This document shows, one piece after another, positions 26,025-39,179 of a stretch of DNA of 64,000 nt (within the stretch, counting starts at the first letter, position 1; the number at the start of each line of letters is the position of its first letter). The stretch is taken from contig NC_086108.1 in NCBI RefSeq assembly GCF_963921235.1, positions 108,316,001-108,380,000 of the forward strand. Direction: 5' to 3'. The notes below the pieces were generated by a model. The model saw only the letters and a list, made by a program, of their open reading frames with translations, searched no databases and had not been told where the DNA came from. The position numbers and the translations under genes were made by a program. This DNA is from Mobula hypostoma. Taxonomy: Eukaryota.

Positions 26025-26584
26025 CACTCAGTAGCCACTTCATTAGATGCCTCCTGTACCTTTTGAAGTGGGCACAGAGTGCATATGCCTGGTATTCAGC
26101 GGCTGCAGCCCATCCAATTCAACGGTTGACATGTTGTCCCTTCAGAGATGCTCTTCCGCACACCACTGTTGTAACGTAATACATGGCTATTTGAGTTACT
26201 CTCACCTTTCTGTCAGTTTGGATCGATCTGGCCCTTCTCCTCTCGTCCTCTCATTAACGATGCATTTTCACCCACAGAACTGCTGCTCACTAGATGTCTT
26301 TTTTGTTCTTCACACCATTCTTTGTAAACCCTAGAAACTTGTGCATGAAAATCTCAGGAGGTCAGCAGTTTCTAAGATAGTCAAAACACTCTGTCTAGCA
26401 CCAACAATCATTCCATGGTCAAAGTCATTCAGATCTCATTTCTCCCCCATTCTCATGTTTGGTCTGAACAAAAACAGAGCCTCTTTACCATGTCTGCACT
26501 AAGTTGCTGCCACATAATTGGCTGATTAGATATTTGCATTATGGAGCAGATGTACAGTGCACCTATTAAAGTGGCCACTAAGTG
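26025..26584 (-). mobile_element. Non-autonomous Tc1-derived element
   Basis: TA|cactcagtagccacttcattag ... ctattaaagtggccactaagtg|TA; sister copy at 42477-42986. Confidence 0.82.
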
Positions 26585-28064
26585 TATGTCACCATATACT
26601 ACGTGGAGTTTTGTTTTCTTGCTGTCATTTGCAGCATAAAAGGGAACCAGGAGAATGGGGTTGAAAGAGATAATAAATCTGCTCAGCAACCCACCCACCG
26701 ATTTAACCCTAGCGTAAACGCAAGTTAATTTACAATGACCAATTAACCTACTAACCGGTACATCTTTGGACTGTGGGAGGAAGTCAGAGCACCCAAAGGA
26801 AACCCACAGGCATCACAGGAAGGACATACAAGCCCCTTACAGACGGCACCAAAATTGAACTCCGAACTCTGACGCCTCGAGCTGTCATAGTGACGTGCTA
26901 ACAATATTACCGTGGAGTCCTAACTCTCGTACAATATCGTACAAGACTCTTGTACAGCAAGAGTATGCCCATATTTGAAGAAAGGTCGACCCATTACTTA
27001 AGAGACATTAAAAGGGATTCTCTGCATCACAGATGATTATATATCTGTTTCCCATTTCTGTCTGAGAAAGCGTGGGCCTGTGTAGGATTGCCGAGAGTCT
27101 GTTTGTCTCGCTGGTTGATATTTCCATCAGCCAGCCCATTTATCTCCCTCATCAGTCTCATTCCATTTTGATCTTTACTTGTGTCCATGTCAGCCCCTCC
27201 ATTTAGATATTTATTACTTTATTTCCCCATCTCATTCCCTCGAGAGGGCCTGTACTGCGGAGTAGTGTTCGATGGTCTTGATCCTACAGAAACCACTTTC
27301 AATGAGCTGGTCACACTCCCCGTCCCCGTCCCCTGCCCCCTTTTGGCCCATATTCCTCTAAACCAGGGTTTCCCCTGCTCTAAATGAACGAGTGATTTTA
27401 TGGTGCCCTGAAGGATTTGGCGAACATGACTCTCAGGAATGCTGGTATGGCGCCTCGAAGCAGGCGAAGGCCGGCCATCACTGGAAGAGAGAGCGCCAGG
27501 ATGGGCCTCAAGCCAGGTTGAAGCTTCGAGGCCGGAGAGCGGAAAACGAACACCACTGTTCAGTCCCATTACTCTGTGCCAGCCCAATCCCCCATCTGGG
27601 CCAGTCCAATCTGCCTGTATGTGACCCATCTCCCTCTCTTCTCACTTCTACCACCGAGTGGGAGGTGCAGGAGTCTTGTGTCCCACGGCAACATGTTCAG
27701 GAACTACTACCATTGGACTCCGGGCCGGCGTGGATGGGGTTCACTGACTTCAGCACTGAATTGATTCCGCGGTGCATAGGCTCAGTTTCAGCGACTCTGC
27801 AGCTCCTGTTCTCAATATTATTTGTTTAATTTTGTTTTATTGGCACAATTTGTCCTCTTTTGCGCATGGCATGTTTGTCAGTCTGTTACGTGTATGTATG
27901 TGTTTATTTTGGGGATTCTATTGCATTTGATTGTTTTCCATGGGCGCCTGCAAAAAAAAAAGAATCTTAAGGTTGAATATGGTATACATACTTTGATCGT
28001 GAAACTGAATTTAACTTTGAACTTTGACCTCTCCCCCCTCCCCTCCTGCCACCTGCCCCCCCAG

Positions 28065-28248
28065 GCCATCGTGGACACCGTAGACAATCTGCTGAGACCG
28101 GAGGCGCTGCAGTCCTGGAGGGACATGAACACCACTGAGCAGGCCCATGCCGCCACCCTGCTCCTCGACACCCTGGAGGAGGGGGCCTTCGTCCTCGCAG
28201 ACAACCTCATCGAGCCAACAACTGTCACGGTGCCCACCGAGAACATAG
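28065..28248 (+). CDS. ADGRL2: ADGRL2-like exon, GAIN domain
   Basis: cccAG|gcc...atag|GTgagt; 184 bp, phase 0->1. [61 protein letters not shown]. Confidence 0.95.
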
Positions 28249-28396
28249 GTGAGTGAGTCCGCCTTCGGGTGCAGGCCTGCGGGGTGAAGTGCTGTAATTG
28301 GAATTGGTTCATTTGTGAAAAGCTTGTCTTGCATTTAGATCAAGCCATTACAAAGTGTATTAAGCTGGAACAAGATAAAACAATAACAATGTAGAA

Positions 28397-28914
28397 CAGG
28401 CATCCCACCCTGCAAAAACTCATTTCAGGGAGGTAGCACCATCAATTTGCGGGAGACTCCCAGAACTTCTGGGAGAGGTGGGATGTGTGCACTAGGGTAG
28501 CTCCTTAGCAGCTAGCCAGCTAGTTTAAATACTGTTAGCTATGCGAATGAACAAATGACACCTGTTAAACTCACCTCAACATGTCTTTTACATTTTAACC
28601 CACCATGGGCAATAGAAAAGTCACTGTTGCAAACAGTGCAGCGAGCAACACTGTAATTATTTTGACCCCTATTAGACAAGGGTACACCTTAGGGTAATCT
28701 GGGGTGACGTACGTTTTATGTTTTCTTTTTTTGGAACACTCTGCCATGGCGTGCTCTCGCTCTCTCTCTCTCTCATGGTCGCTCTCTTGCTCGCGCGCTC
28801 TCTCGCTCTCAAAAAAATTGATTTCCGGGATATTGTATATAATTTGTGGGCATCAGGGAGCCACTATTAATACGCAGGAGACTCCTGGAACTTCCAGGAG
28901 AGGTGGGATGTCTG
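28397..28914. mobile_element. Non-autonomous DNA transposon with 6-bp TSD
   Basis: TIR caggcatcccacc / ggtgggatgtctg; gtagaa duplicated at 28391-28396 and 28915-28920. Confidence 0.85.
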
Positions 28915-30448
28915 GTAGAATAAAGTGTAAAAGCTACCAAAAAAGTATAGTGTAGGTAAACGATAAAGGGCAAGATCATAATGAGGTAGGTTATCAAACA
29001 CGAGGCCAGTTCAAAAGTCTGAGAACAGTGGGACAGAAGCTGTTCTTGGGCCAGCTGGTACATACTTTCAGGTTTTCCTATCTACTGCCCGATGGGAGGG
29101 GGAGAAGAGAGAATGTCCAAGATGGGAAGGGTCTTTGATTATACTGGTGAGGAGGCTGGCTCCTGTGATGTGCTGAGCTGTGCCCACAGCCCTTTGCAGT
29201 TTCTTACGGCAACTGAGCAGTTGCCATACCAAGTCATGATGCATCTGATAGATCGTTTTCTATGGCGCATCAATAACAATTGGTGAGGGTCAAAGGGGAC
29301 ATGCTGAATTTCTTTAGCATCCTGAGGAAGTAGAGGTATTGCTGAACTTCTTGGTTGTGACATCAACATGGTTGGTCCAAGACAGACTGTTGAGAACCTT
29401 TATATCTCTGATCTTGATGCTCTCAATCCTCTCAACCAAAGCACGTTTGACGTAGACAGGAGTGTGTTCACTGCTGCCTTCCTGAAGCCAATGACCAGCT
29501 CTTTTGTTGATACCAGGTGAAAGGTTGTTGTCATTCCAACAAGTCACTGAGCTCCCTATCTCCTTCCTGTACTCCATTTCATTATTATTTGAGATGGGAG
29601 TGAAAGCTTGGCCTCTCCTTTGCCACTTATGTGGATTAGATTAGTCGCCCACTGTAGTGTAGCAGTTAGCCTGACACTATTTCAGCTTGCGGTGTCAGAG
29701 TTCAGAGTTCAATCCCGGTGCCCTCTCCAAGGAGTCTCTGTTTGTCCTCCCCGTGGAATGCATGAATATTCCCCGAGTCCTACAATCTAAGTCATACCGG
29801 GAAGGCTGATTGGTCATTGTAAATTGTCTTGTGATTAGATTCAGGTTAAATCGGGGTTTTCCGGGGGCTATTAGGCAGTGCGGTTCAAAGGACTGGAAGG
29901 GCCTATTCTGCTCCTTATCTCTTACTGAAATAAAATCAAAATTAGAGAGGGTGCCAACAAAGAGAACAAGTTATTGGATTAGCTTCTTGTCATGTACAGC
30001 AGGGTGCATGAGAAATCTTGCTTGTGTGAAGGTAGAAATCCAGAGTAAAGCACATACAAAATGTTGGAGGAACTCAGTAGGGTAGCATCTATGAAGGGTC
30101 CTGATGAAGAGTCTTGGCCTGAAATGTCGACTGTTTATTCCTCTCCAGTGATGCTGCCTGACTGGCTGAGTACCCCCGCCATTTTGTGTGTGACACTGTT
30201 ACCCTTCCTGAAGCAACAGTGAAAACAAAACCTTCAATTTACCTGCTCGTAGTCGGTGAAAACACAATCATTGTGTTGATGGTTGTGTCAAGATGGGCAA
30301 GGTTTACAACAGAATCAAGGTGGGGGCTTAGTCGCAAGCCATTGCACTTCTCTTTCCAGATCTCACACTGGCCTGTTCATCTTCGGCCTTTTCCACTGCC
30401 TGCATGACACTGAACACAAAGGGTGAACCTCACTAGAGGGGGCTTGAT

Positions 30449-30518
30449 CAGGGGTCCCAACCTGGGATCTGTGGACCTCCTGCTTAATGGTATGGCATAA
30501 AAAGATTGGGAACCCCTA
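30449..30518. mobile_element. Tiny hAT MITE (related copies at 53448-53527 and ~61306-61385)
   Basis: caggggtcccaacc ... ttgggaacccct; TSD ggcttgat/gacttgat. Confidence 0.7.
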
Positions 30519-30830
30519 GACTTGATAGATGTGTTTAAGATGATAAGAAACAAAAGGTAGATTGGATGACAAGCCGTTTTCCTCTGCAGCAGTGGCTAGA
30601 CCAGAGGATTTATAGGGGGAAGGTACTGGGGGATGTCAGAGGTAGGGTTCTGCACAGAGTGGTGGGTGTGTGGAACGTGCTACCAGAGATGGTGATAGTT
30701 GATGCAATGGAGACAGTTAAGAAACTCTTAAAAAGGTACATGGATGAAAGAAAACTGGAGACCCATGTGTCAGCAGCGCAATAAGACAAGGCAATAACGC
30801 AAAACAATCTTCTTTCCCATCCCTTCTACC

Positions 30831-30831
<1 letters not shown>

Positions 30832-30867
<36 letters not shown>
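30832..30867. repeat. (CA)n microsatellite
   Basis: Direct observation. Confidence 0.95.
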
Positions 30868-30869
<2 letters not shown>

Positions 30870-31651
30870 CTTGGCTCTTGATTGTCACTCACAGGCAGGA
30901 GAAAACGTGGTCCATAACCCTCAGTTCCCTGTATATTTGTTTGCTTAACAGTTCCTTAAACAACACAATCTGTCTGCCAGCCCATTCCAGGCACCCACCA
31001 TTCTCTGGGAAAAATCTCTGTCCACTCGATCTGTACCTCTTATCATCCTGTACATACCTATCAAGTCACCTCTCATCCTCCTTCACTCCAAAGGGAAAAA
31101 CCCTCGCTCACCAGATACAATCTCTAATCCAGGCAGCATCCTTGTAAATCTCCTCTGCACCCTGCCTAAACCTTCTGTACCTTCCTATAATGAATAGCTC
31201 AGGTCTGAACCCAATGCTCCAACTGTCCTTCAAGATTACATACAGTGAAATGCATTGTTTATTTTAGCAGCTAACACACCTGATAGTGTGCTATGGGCAG
31301 CCCTAATGTCGCTACACATTCTGATACCTATACAGCATGCCCACAATGCTTGGCAGAACAACACAGAACACAACAAGCAAACAACTGTAAAACAATCCCA
31401 TGATCCTCCCTCCCACCAACAGCATACTCAGTTCTCTAACCCCAAATCTTCGGCCTTCAGCCTCCATCAGAGCTACTTTAGATTCTCTATTCCCCTTTCA
31501 CCTAAAGATATTCCCCTGGCTCGTCAACCCTTCAAAAATATATCTGTGTCTATCTTTAGCGTTTCACCCTTGGGGTAGACCATCTTGGCAGCACTCTCTC
31601 AATTTTGAGTGATCAGGATCGCAGATTTCCATGAAGTCAGTGGAGCCTCTC

Positions 31652-32271
31652 TTTTAGATTATGAAGACACGTAGTCCTCTTTTATTGCCATTTAGTAATG
31701 CATGCATTAAGAAATGATACAATATTTTCTCCGGTGTGATATCACAAAACACAGGACAGACCAAGACTGAAAAAAACTGACAAAAGCACATAATTATAAC
31801 ATATAGTTACAACAGTGCAACAATACCATAACTTGATGAAGAAGTCCATGAGCACAGTAAAGTTCAAAGTCTCTCAAATGTCCCACATCTCACGCAGACG
31901 GGAGAAGGAAGAAAAACTCTCCCTGCCATGCCGACCACAATCCGACTCTGAGTCATCTGAAAACTTCAAGCTCTGATCAGCTCTCGGACACCGAGTACTG
32001 AGCGCCATCTCTGTCCGAACGATTCCACCTCCTTGGTCGCCAAAAGCAGGCAAGGCCGGGGATTTTGAGGCCTACCCTCTGAGAAACATTCCCGACTACA
32101 CAGTAACGACAGCAGCGAGTGAATGTTTCAGAAATTTCTCCAGGTGTTCCTCTGTGTTTTCACGTCCATTTTCCATCAAATCAGAATTGTCCACGGCCCC
32201 TATTTAACAGATACGACATCATTTTTCACCGGAGGGCTGCGCACGCGCAGGCGTGCTGCCATCTTCTCCTC
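31652..32271 (-). mobile_element. Probable non-autonomous retroelement (CpG-rich 5' end)
   Basis: The minus strand starts ggaggagaagatggcagc and ends aataaaagaggact...tctaaa. No coding frame; family not identified. Confidence 0.45.
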
Positions 32272-34439
32272 CTGCATGTCGGAAGTCGCCCTTTCAAGGT
32301 GACTTCTGACATGCCTCCCCACATAACCTGTTCTCGTGACAAGAACTCTGAATAGGGTAATGTTTTGAGGGAGCCTTCGCCATCGTCCTGCTCTGGGGAG
32401 GGTTTAATGCCAGAGATGGGGGCTTGTATGGTGAGTCAGGCCGTGATGGTAACAGTTACTCTCAGGTGATGGATTCTTTTCAAATGGGATAATCGTACCA
32501 GAATCCAATCTCAGAGTTGTCAGGAAGATCTGGCCCTCAGCTATTTCTGGAGAAATAGTAAATGAATTTTAAAAGAACTGAGTTATAACCCTCGGAGGGG
32601 AGAGAAACAATAAGAGAATTTTCCCAGTCAGGGTGTCAGTGACGAAAGGCGGTTGGAGGAAATCTGTCTCTATTGTCTTTCACAAATTGCTTTCAAACTA
32701 CAAAAATATATTTAACGAACGGCATTGTTCTGTTTTTTTGGGGTGGGAAGTGGGAATCTGCAGGATGTGCAGATGTATTTATTTTTTTAATTAATTACTG
32801 GGCTCCTGGAAGGCAGATGCTGCATGGTTTCACTGTTTACATTGCATCAGCAAGTGGGTAAGGTAGAGTTTTAATTCAGAACACATAAATTATGTTTCTC
32901 CCTTTTCATCTCGTTCCTCACATCCCACCTCCACCTCCATCTCCATAAGACCTAGGAGCAGAATTGGGCTTTATGGCCCATCAAGTCTGCTCCACCATTC
33001 AATCATGGCTGATATACTTACCCTCTCAACCTCATTCTCCCCATAATCTTTGACTCTCTGACTAATCAAGAACCTATCAACCTCCGCTTCAAATACACCC
33101 AATGACTTGGCCTCCATAGCTATATGAATGTCACAGATTCACTGCTCTCGGGCTGAAGAATTTCCTTCTCAGCTCTGTTCACTGTGATTTCATCATCGTC
33201 ATCATCATTATGTGCTGTGTCATAAGACATAGTCGATCATGGTCTTCCAGTGACCATGATCGTTCTTGGCAAAACTTTCTACAGAAATGGTTTACCATTG
33301 CTCTCTTCTGGGCAGTGTCTTTACAAGGCGGGTGACCACAACCATTATCAAAACTCTTCAGAGATTGTCTGCCTGGCATCAGTGGTCACATCACCAGGAC
33401 TTGTGATATACATCAGCTGCTCATACGACCATCCACCACCTGTTCCCATGGCTTCGCGTGACCCTTGACTGGGGGGGGGCCTAAGCAGGTGCTACACCTT
33501 GCTCAAGGTGGGTGCAGGCTAGGGGAGGGAAGGAGCACCTCACTCCTCCTTTGGTAGAGACGTATCTTCATCCTGCTACCCAGCATTCCATCATGACTTT
33601 TCTCTCCGGCTGTCTTCTCATAACCTCTGACGCCCTATCAGCTTCTGCTTTAAATGTATTTAATGACTTGGCCTCCATAGCCATCAGCGGCAATGAATTC
33701 CACAGATTCACCACCCTCTCGCTGAATCCAGAACATGTCATTTACAACTCCCCCTTCCACCTCTCTCCTCCACCACTTCCTTTTGAAAGTGTTAATGTAC
33801 CTGTATGAACCACTTCATCCAGCAGCTCATTTCATAAACATACCGCTTTTTGTGTAAAAAAAAAGTAGCCCCCCAACTTTCCTATTAAATCTCAAAGGCA
33901 CAGCTTTAAGGGGAGAGGGGAAAGATTTAATAGGAATTTGATGGATTACATTTTTCACACAGAGGGTGGTCAGTATAAGGAACGAGCTGCCAAAAACAGC
34001 GATTTATGCAGGTAGAGTAGCTCACCATGTATAGATTATACAGCCATGAGATTCGCCTGCGACTGCCTGTAAGCAGACAAATCTCAAGGTTGTGTAATTT
34101 ATACGTACTTTGAGCATAAATGTACATTGAACTTTGAACTTCAGGCCATTCTCTCTCCTCACTACTCAATTGGGAAGGAGGTACAGGAGCCTTAGGTCCT
34201 GCACCGCCAGGTTCAGGAACAGTTATTACCCTACAACCATCAGGCTCCTGAATCAGTGTGGATAACTTCACTCACCTCTACGCTTAACTGATTACACAAC
34301 ATGTAGGCTCACTTTCAAGGACTCTACAGCTCATGGTAGAACACAGAACATAGTACAGTCAGCCCTCCTTATCCACGAGGAATTGGTTCCGGGACCCCTC
34401 GCGGATACCAAAAAACGCAGATGTTCAAGTCCCTTATTT

Positions 34440-35856
34440 CAGGGGTCCCCAACCTTATTCGTACTGCGGACCGGTTTCATATTAACAATATTCTTGCGAA
34501 CCGGCCGACCGGGGTGGGGGGGGGGGTGCGGGTAGGGTTGCCAACGTACAAGAGTAGCAGTCAACAGGAATTCTGCAGATGCTGGAAATTCAAGCAACAC
34601 ACATCAAAGTTGCTGGTGAATGCAACAGGCCAGGCAGCATCTCTAGGTGGTGAATGCAACAGGCCAGGCAGCATCTCTAGGAAGAGGTACAGTCGACGTT
34701 TCAGGCCGAGACCCTTCGTCAGGACTAACTGAAGGAAGAATTAGTAAGAGATTTCAAATCTCTTACTAACTCTTCCTTCAGAGTAGCAGTTAAATACGTT
34801 GGGTTTACGCCGAGAAAGACTACAATGACCATGAAGCCTTGAGCAGGCACCAGTGCGCATGCGTAACTTGAGCATGCGTTTACTTGCCGATTTCTTAAAA
34901 ATTGTTTTTGCCGATTCTGTTGGCGGCCGCGCCGGTGTTAATCACGACCGGAAAATAGGTGATAAGTGGCTAATACACTCAATTTCGTTTCTAAAAGGGT
35001 TTATCTAACGAATTTAATATTAAACACAGCGCATATTTTCCTCGCATGAATATAGTTATACGTCGATTATCAGGGGAGCTTGAAGTGTTGAACGAACTTC
35101 CAGTAGAAGTGGTAGAGGCAGGTTCGATATTATCATTTAAAGAAAAATTGGATGGGTAGCTGGACAGGAAAGGAATGGAGGGTTATGGGCTGAGTGCAGG
35201 TCGGTGGGACTAGGTGAGAGTAGCGTTCGGCACGGACTAGAAGGGGCGGGATCGCCTGTTTCCATGCCGTAATTGTTACATGGTTATATAAGTCACTTAT
35301 AATAGCATCATAACATTTTAAGTAACGTTTGGATATCAAACACCACAGCGCATATTTTCCTCGTATGAACATATAAAATCATTGCAACGCACCAATATTG
35401 CTGAATCTGTGGGAGCCCTGGGCTTGTTTTCCTGCAACAAGACAGTCCCATCAAGGGGTGATGGGAGACAACTATACTCGAAGGGAGTTCCTTATGTCCA
35501 GTCTATTCCGCAATTTAGTTTTCATTGCATTCATTGCAGAGATATGTTGGAAGCAACATTTTCAGTGCTTTCGTGGCTGTCTCAGGATTTTTAGCCTTGA
35601 CTTTGATCCAGAATGCCGGCAGAGATGTTATGTCAAACAAACTTTTCAGCCCGCCATCATTTGCAAGCTCGAGGAGTTGATCTCCTTCCCGCGCTGACAT
35701 GGATGACGCGCGGGTAATGACCTCGCGTGCGTTCAAGCTCAACAGTGGGCGTGACAGGGAATGAGGAAAGGTGCAGCTGACTCATATCGCCAAATCATAT
35801 CGTTTCCTCATGGCCTGGTAGCGCATGCCTTGCGGCCCGGTGGTTGGGGACCGCTG
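34440..35856 (-). mobile_element. hAT (Charlie/Buster-like) deletion derivative nested in the Tigger
   Basis: TIR caggggtccccaacc / ggttggggaccgctg; perfect 8-bp TSD ccttattt. Dimerization-domain remnant QLLELANDGGLKSLF..SLPAFWIKVK...ATKALKMLLP-TYLC. Confidence 0.9.
34562..34779 (-). mobile_element. PLE fragment with hammerhead motif (34690-34727) and short fold-back, nested in the hAT
   Basis: 11-bp TSD agagtagcagt (34551-34561 / 34780-34790); palindrome at 34730-34780. Confidence 0.8.
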
Positions 35857-38617
35857 CCTTATTTAACCTGTCTCAGTGTGGTGGACCGTAGGACCCAGCG
35901 GAACCCCGGACTTTATTTAACCTGTCTCAGTGCGGTGGGCATTAGGACCCGGTGGCAGAGGTCTGAATCTGCAGTGTTTCTGTTCACGAAAATAATCGCG
36001 ATTTAAAATAAAGTGGAAATAATGAAGCCATCGGAAAGAGGTGAAACGCCATCCGGTCATTGGAAAAGCGTTAGGCTACAGTCAGTCAACGATTGGAACA
36101 ATTTTAAAGGATAAAGTGAGGAAAGCCCTGCCCTGATGAAAGCTACAATTATCACTAAGCAACACAGTGGTTTAATTATTGGGTTTTGGGGTTTTGGGTT
36201 TTAGATCATCCACATCAACCCGGCACGGATGGAGAGCGCACTCGGGAGCGGGTCTGTCACTGGATCGAACTTGGGAATTTCTGTTCCCAAGTCTGGCACT
36301 GAAATATACGTTTCTTAAGTGTTTTATATGCATAGATAGGTAAAATATATACTATATACTAAGACAAACGTTTGACTAACTGACGCTAAATAATATCGGA
36401 TGTACCTGTTCCGACTTACTGAGTAAGAGAACTTCCGTTTTTTTCGATCCCGATCCACGATAGCCTACGCACATCCTCTCGTATACTTTAAATCATTTCT
36501 AGATTACTTATAATACCTAATACAATGTAAATGCCATGTAAAATTGTTGTTATACTGCATTGTTTAGGGAATAATGACAAGAAAAAAAGTCTGTGCATGT
36601 TCGAACAACAAGTGCTGGAAAAGCACTTCCAGGTTTTCTCGATTTGCGGTTGGTTGAATTCACTCATGCGGAACTCGCGGATAAGGAGGGCTGACTGTAC
36701 TGTACACGAAAGGAACAGGCCCTTTGGTCTACATTGTGCTGAGCCAATTAACTGGCCAACTAAACTAATCCCCTCTGCCTACTCATGTCCTGAGTTTTAT
36801 TTATTTATTTACTTGTCTATTTTGCACAATGGTTGTTTGTCAGTCTTTGTTTGTGTATGTAATGACGCTCTGCTGGCGCTGGAAACCATGGTGACTTTTG
36901 CGGGCTACCTTCAGCGCAATCCTCACCCCTTTGATTTGACACAAACAACACACTTCACTGAGAGTTTTGATGCTTCAATGTGCATGTGACAAATAAAGCC
37001 AATCTCAAATCCGTAGAGTCATAGTCACAGAATCATAGAATACCACTGCAGAGAAGCAGGCTCGTCAGACCATCTAGTCCATGCTGCACTATCAATCTCC
37101 CTAGACCCATTGACCTGCATCTGGACCATAGCCCTCAATACCCCTCCCATCTATGTACCTATCCAAATTTCTCTTAAGTGTTGAAATCGACCCCATATCT
37201 ACCGCTCATAGTGGTAGCTTGTTCCACACTCTCACGACCCTTTGAGTGAAGAAGATGCCATTTATGTTTCCCTTAAACTTTTCATCTTTCACCCTGAACC
37301 CATGATCTCTATTTGTACCCAACCTCAGTGGAAAAAACCTGCTTGCATTTATCCTACATATACCCCTCATAATTTTGTATACCTCCATCAAATCTCCCCT
37401 CAATATTGTACCCTCCAGGGAATAAAGCCCTAATTGATCCAAACTTTCCCTATTTGACAAGCCTTTCAAACCTGGAACCACTTTCATGAAGAAGGTTCAC
37501 AAAAATGATTCTGGGATTGAAAGGCTTGTCGTATGAGGAGCATTTAATGACTCTGGGCCTGCACTTGCTGCAATTCAGAAGAATGAAGGATGACCTCTTT
37601 GAAACTTATCCAATGTTGAAAACCCTCGATAGAGTGGATGTGGAGAGGATGTTTCCTATAGTGGGGGGAGTCTAGGACCAGAGGACACATCCTCAGAATA
37701 AAGAGGCATCCTTTTAGAATGGAGAGGAAGAGGAATTTCTGTAGCCAGAGTGTGGTGAATCTGTGGAATTTGTTGACATGGATAGCCATGGAGGCCAAGT
37801 CACTGCTTATATTGAAGGCAGAGGCTGATAGACTCTTGATTAGTCAGGGCATGAAGGGATATGAGGAGAAGGCAGGAGATTGGGGCTGAGAGGGAAAATG
37901 AACCAGCCATGATGAAATGGCAGAGCAGACCCGATGGTTTATTTCTGCTCCTATATCTTATTGATCTTATATCCAAGTCAAGTGTATTATCATGTGAGGT
38001 ACAGGTATAATAGAATACTTGCAGCAGCAGCATCGTACGTACAGACAATGCACAGATTACAAATTATACATGAATTGTATTAGTGTAATAAACAGTCACA
38101 GCTAAGTCCAGGGTAGTGCAAGCAGTGGTCTGTAGAGTTCTATCTCTGAGGTAATGCCTGCAGGGAAAAAGTATATGGTGACATATACATACTTACATAA
38201 TAAATTTACTTTGACTTTGAATTTGACGTGAGGTTTCTTTTATGAAAGGAAATCTGGAAGTTTATTTAAGAAAAGACAATTTGCAGCAAAGTGAGTGTGA
38301 AGTTATGGAACTGCTGTTAAAGTTTCTCACAGGTTCACTAAAGTCATTGAGGGAAGGAAAACCTGTCTTCCTTATTCACTCTGGGTTTCTTTATGGCTCC
38401 AGACCCATGCTGAATCATAATGGCCTTTTGCAGTGATTTGAGACCTTGCCAAACAATGCTGCCAATCTCTCAACACAGGAAGGGTTGGATCCGGGCCAGT
38501 ATCTGCATCATGGAGTTGTGGAGTCATACCAGATAGAAACGGGCCCATTGGTGCTGAACTTACTGACTGTCTACAATTTGCTTTATTGAAGATTAAAAAT
38601 GAGCTTTATTTATCATA

Positions 38618-38848
38618 CATCAAAGTTGCTGGTGAACGCAGCAGGCCAAGCAGCATCTATAGGAAGAGGCGCAGTCGACGTTTCAGGCCGAGACCCTGAC
38701 GAAGGGAGGGTCCTGACGAAGGGTCTCGGCCTGAAACGTCGACTGCGCCTCTTCCTATAGATGCTGCTTGGCCTGCTGTGTTCACCAGCAACTTTGATGT
38801 ATGTTGCTTGAATTTCCAGCATCTGCAGAATTCCTGTTGTTTTTGTTT
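38618..38848 (+). mobile_element. PLE fragment with 5' inversion
   Basis: Arms 38614-38696 and 38721-38803 are inverted copies. 13-bp TSD tttatttatcata (38605-38617 / 38849-38861). Confidence 0.85.
38710..38745 (+). ncRNA. Minimal hammerhead ribozyme motif inside the fold-back
   Basis: GTC-CTGACGA-AGGGTCTCGGCCT-GAAA-CGTC-GACTG. Confidence 0.62.
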
Positions 38849-38886
38849 TTTATTTATCATATGTACATTAAAACAAATATGTGTGT

Positions 38887-39179
38887 GGGCACATGGCCGA
38901 GTGGTTAAGGCTTTGGACTAGCGACCTGAAGGTCGTGAGTTCGAGCCCCAGCCAAGGCAACGTGTTGTGTCCTTGAGCAAGGCACTTAATCACACATCGC
39001 TATGCGACGACACTGGTGCCAAGCTGTATGGGTCCTAATGCCCTTCCCTTGGACAACATTGATGTCGTGCAGAGGGGAGACTTGCAGCATGGGCAACTGC
39101 TGGTCTTCCATACAACCTTGACCAGGCCTGCATCCTGGAGAGTGAAGACTTTCCAGGTGCAGACCCATGGTCTCGCAAG
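38887..39179 (+). mobile_element. tRNA-derived SINE with RTE-like tail
   Basis: A box tggccgagtgg, B box gttcgagcc, core tgtgtccttgagcaaggcacttaa. acattaaaaca is duplicated at 38865-38875 / 39180-39190. Confidence 0.8.

Larger units (their letters stand above)
34356..36697 (+). mobile_element. Tigger/pogo-type non-autonomous transposon hosting nested elements
   Basis: 24-bp TIR cagtcagccctccttatccacgag / ctcgcggataaggagggctgactg with TA on both sides. CENP-B-type HTH remnant (KVEIMK..ERGETP..IGKALGYSQSTIGTILKDK) at ~36005-36117. Confidence 0.88.

Noticed and set aside
27219..27829. Overlapping 136-145 aa ORFs
   Set aside because: No recognisable domains, and part overlaps LINE tail fragments.
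38887..38960. tRNA-like sequence with A and B boxes (also near 40750)
   Set aside because: Acceptor and anticodon stems do not pair properly, and it continues into a SINE body with a TSD, so it is a SINE head and not a tRNA gene.
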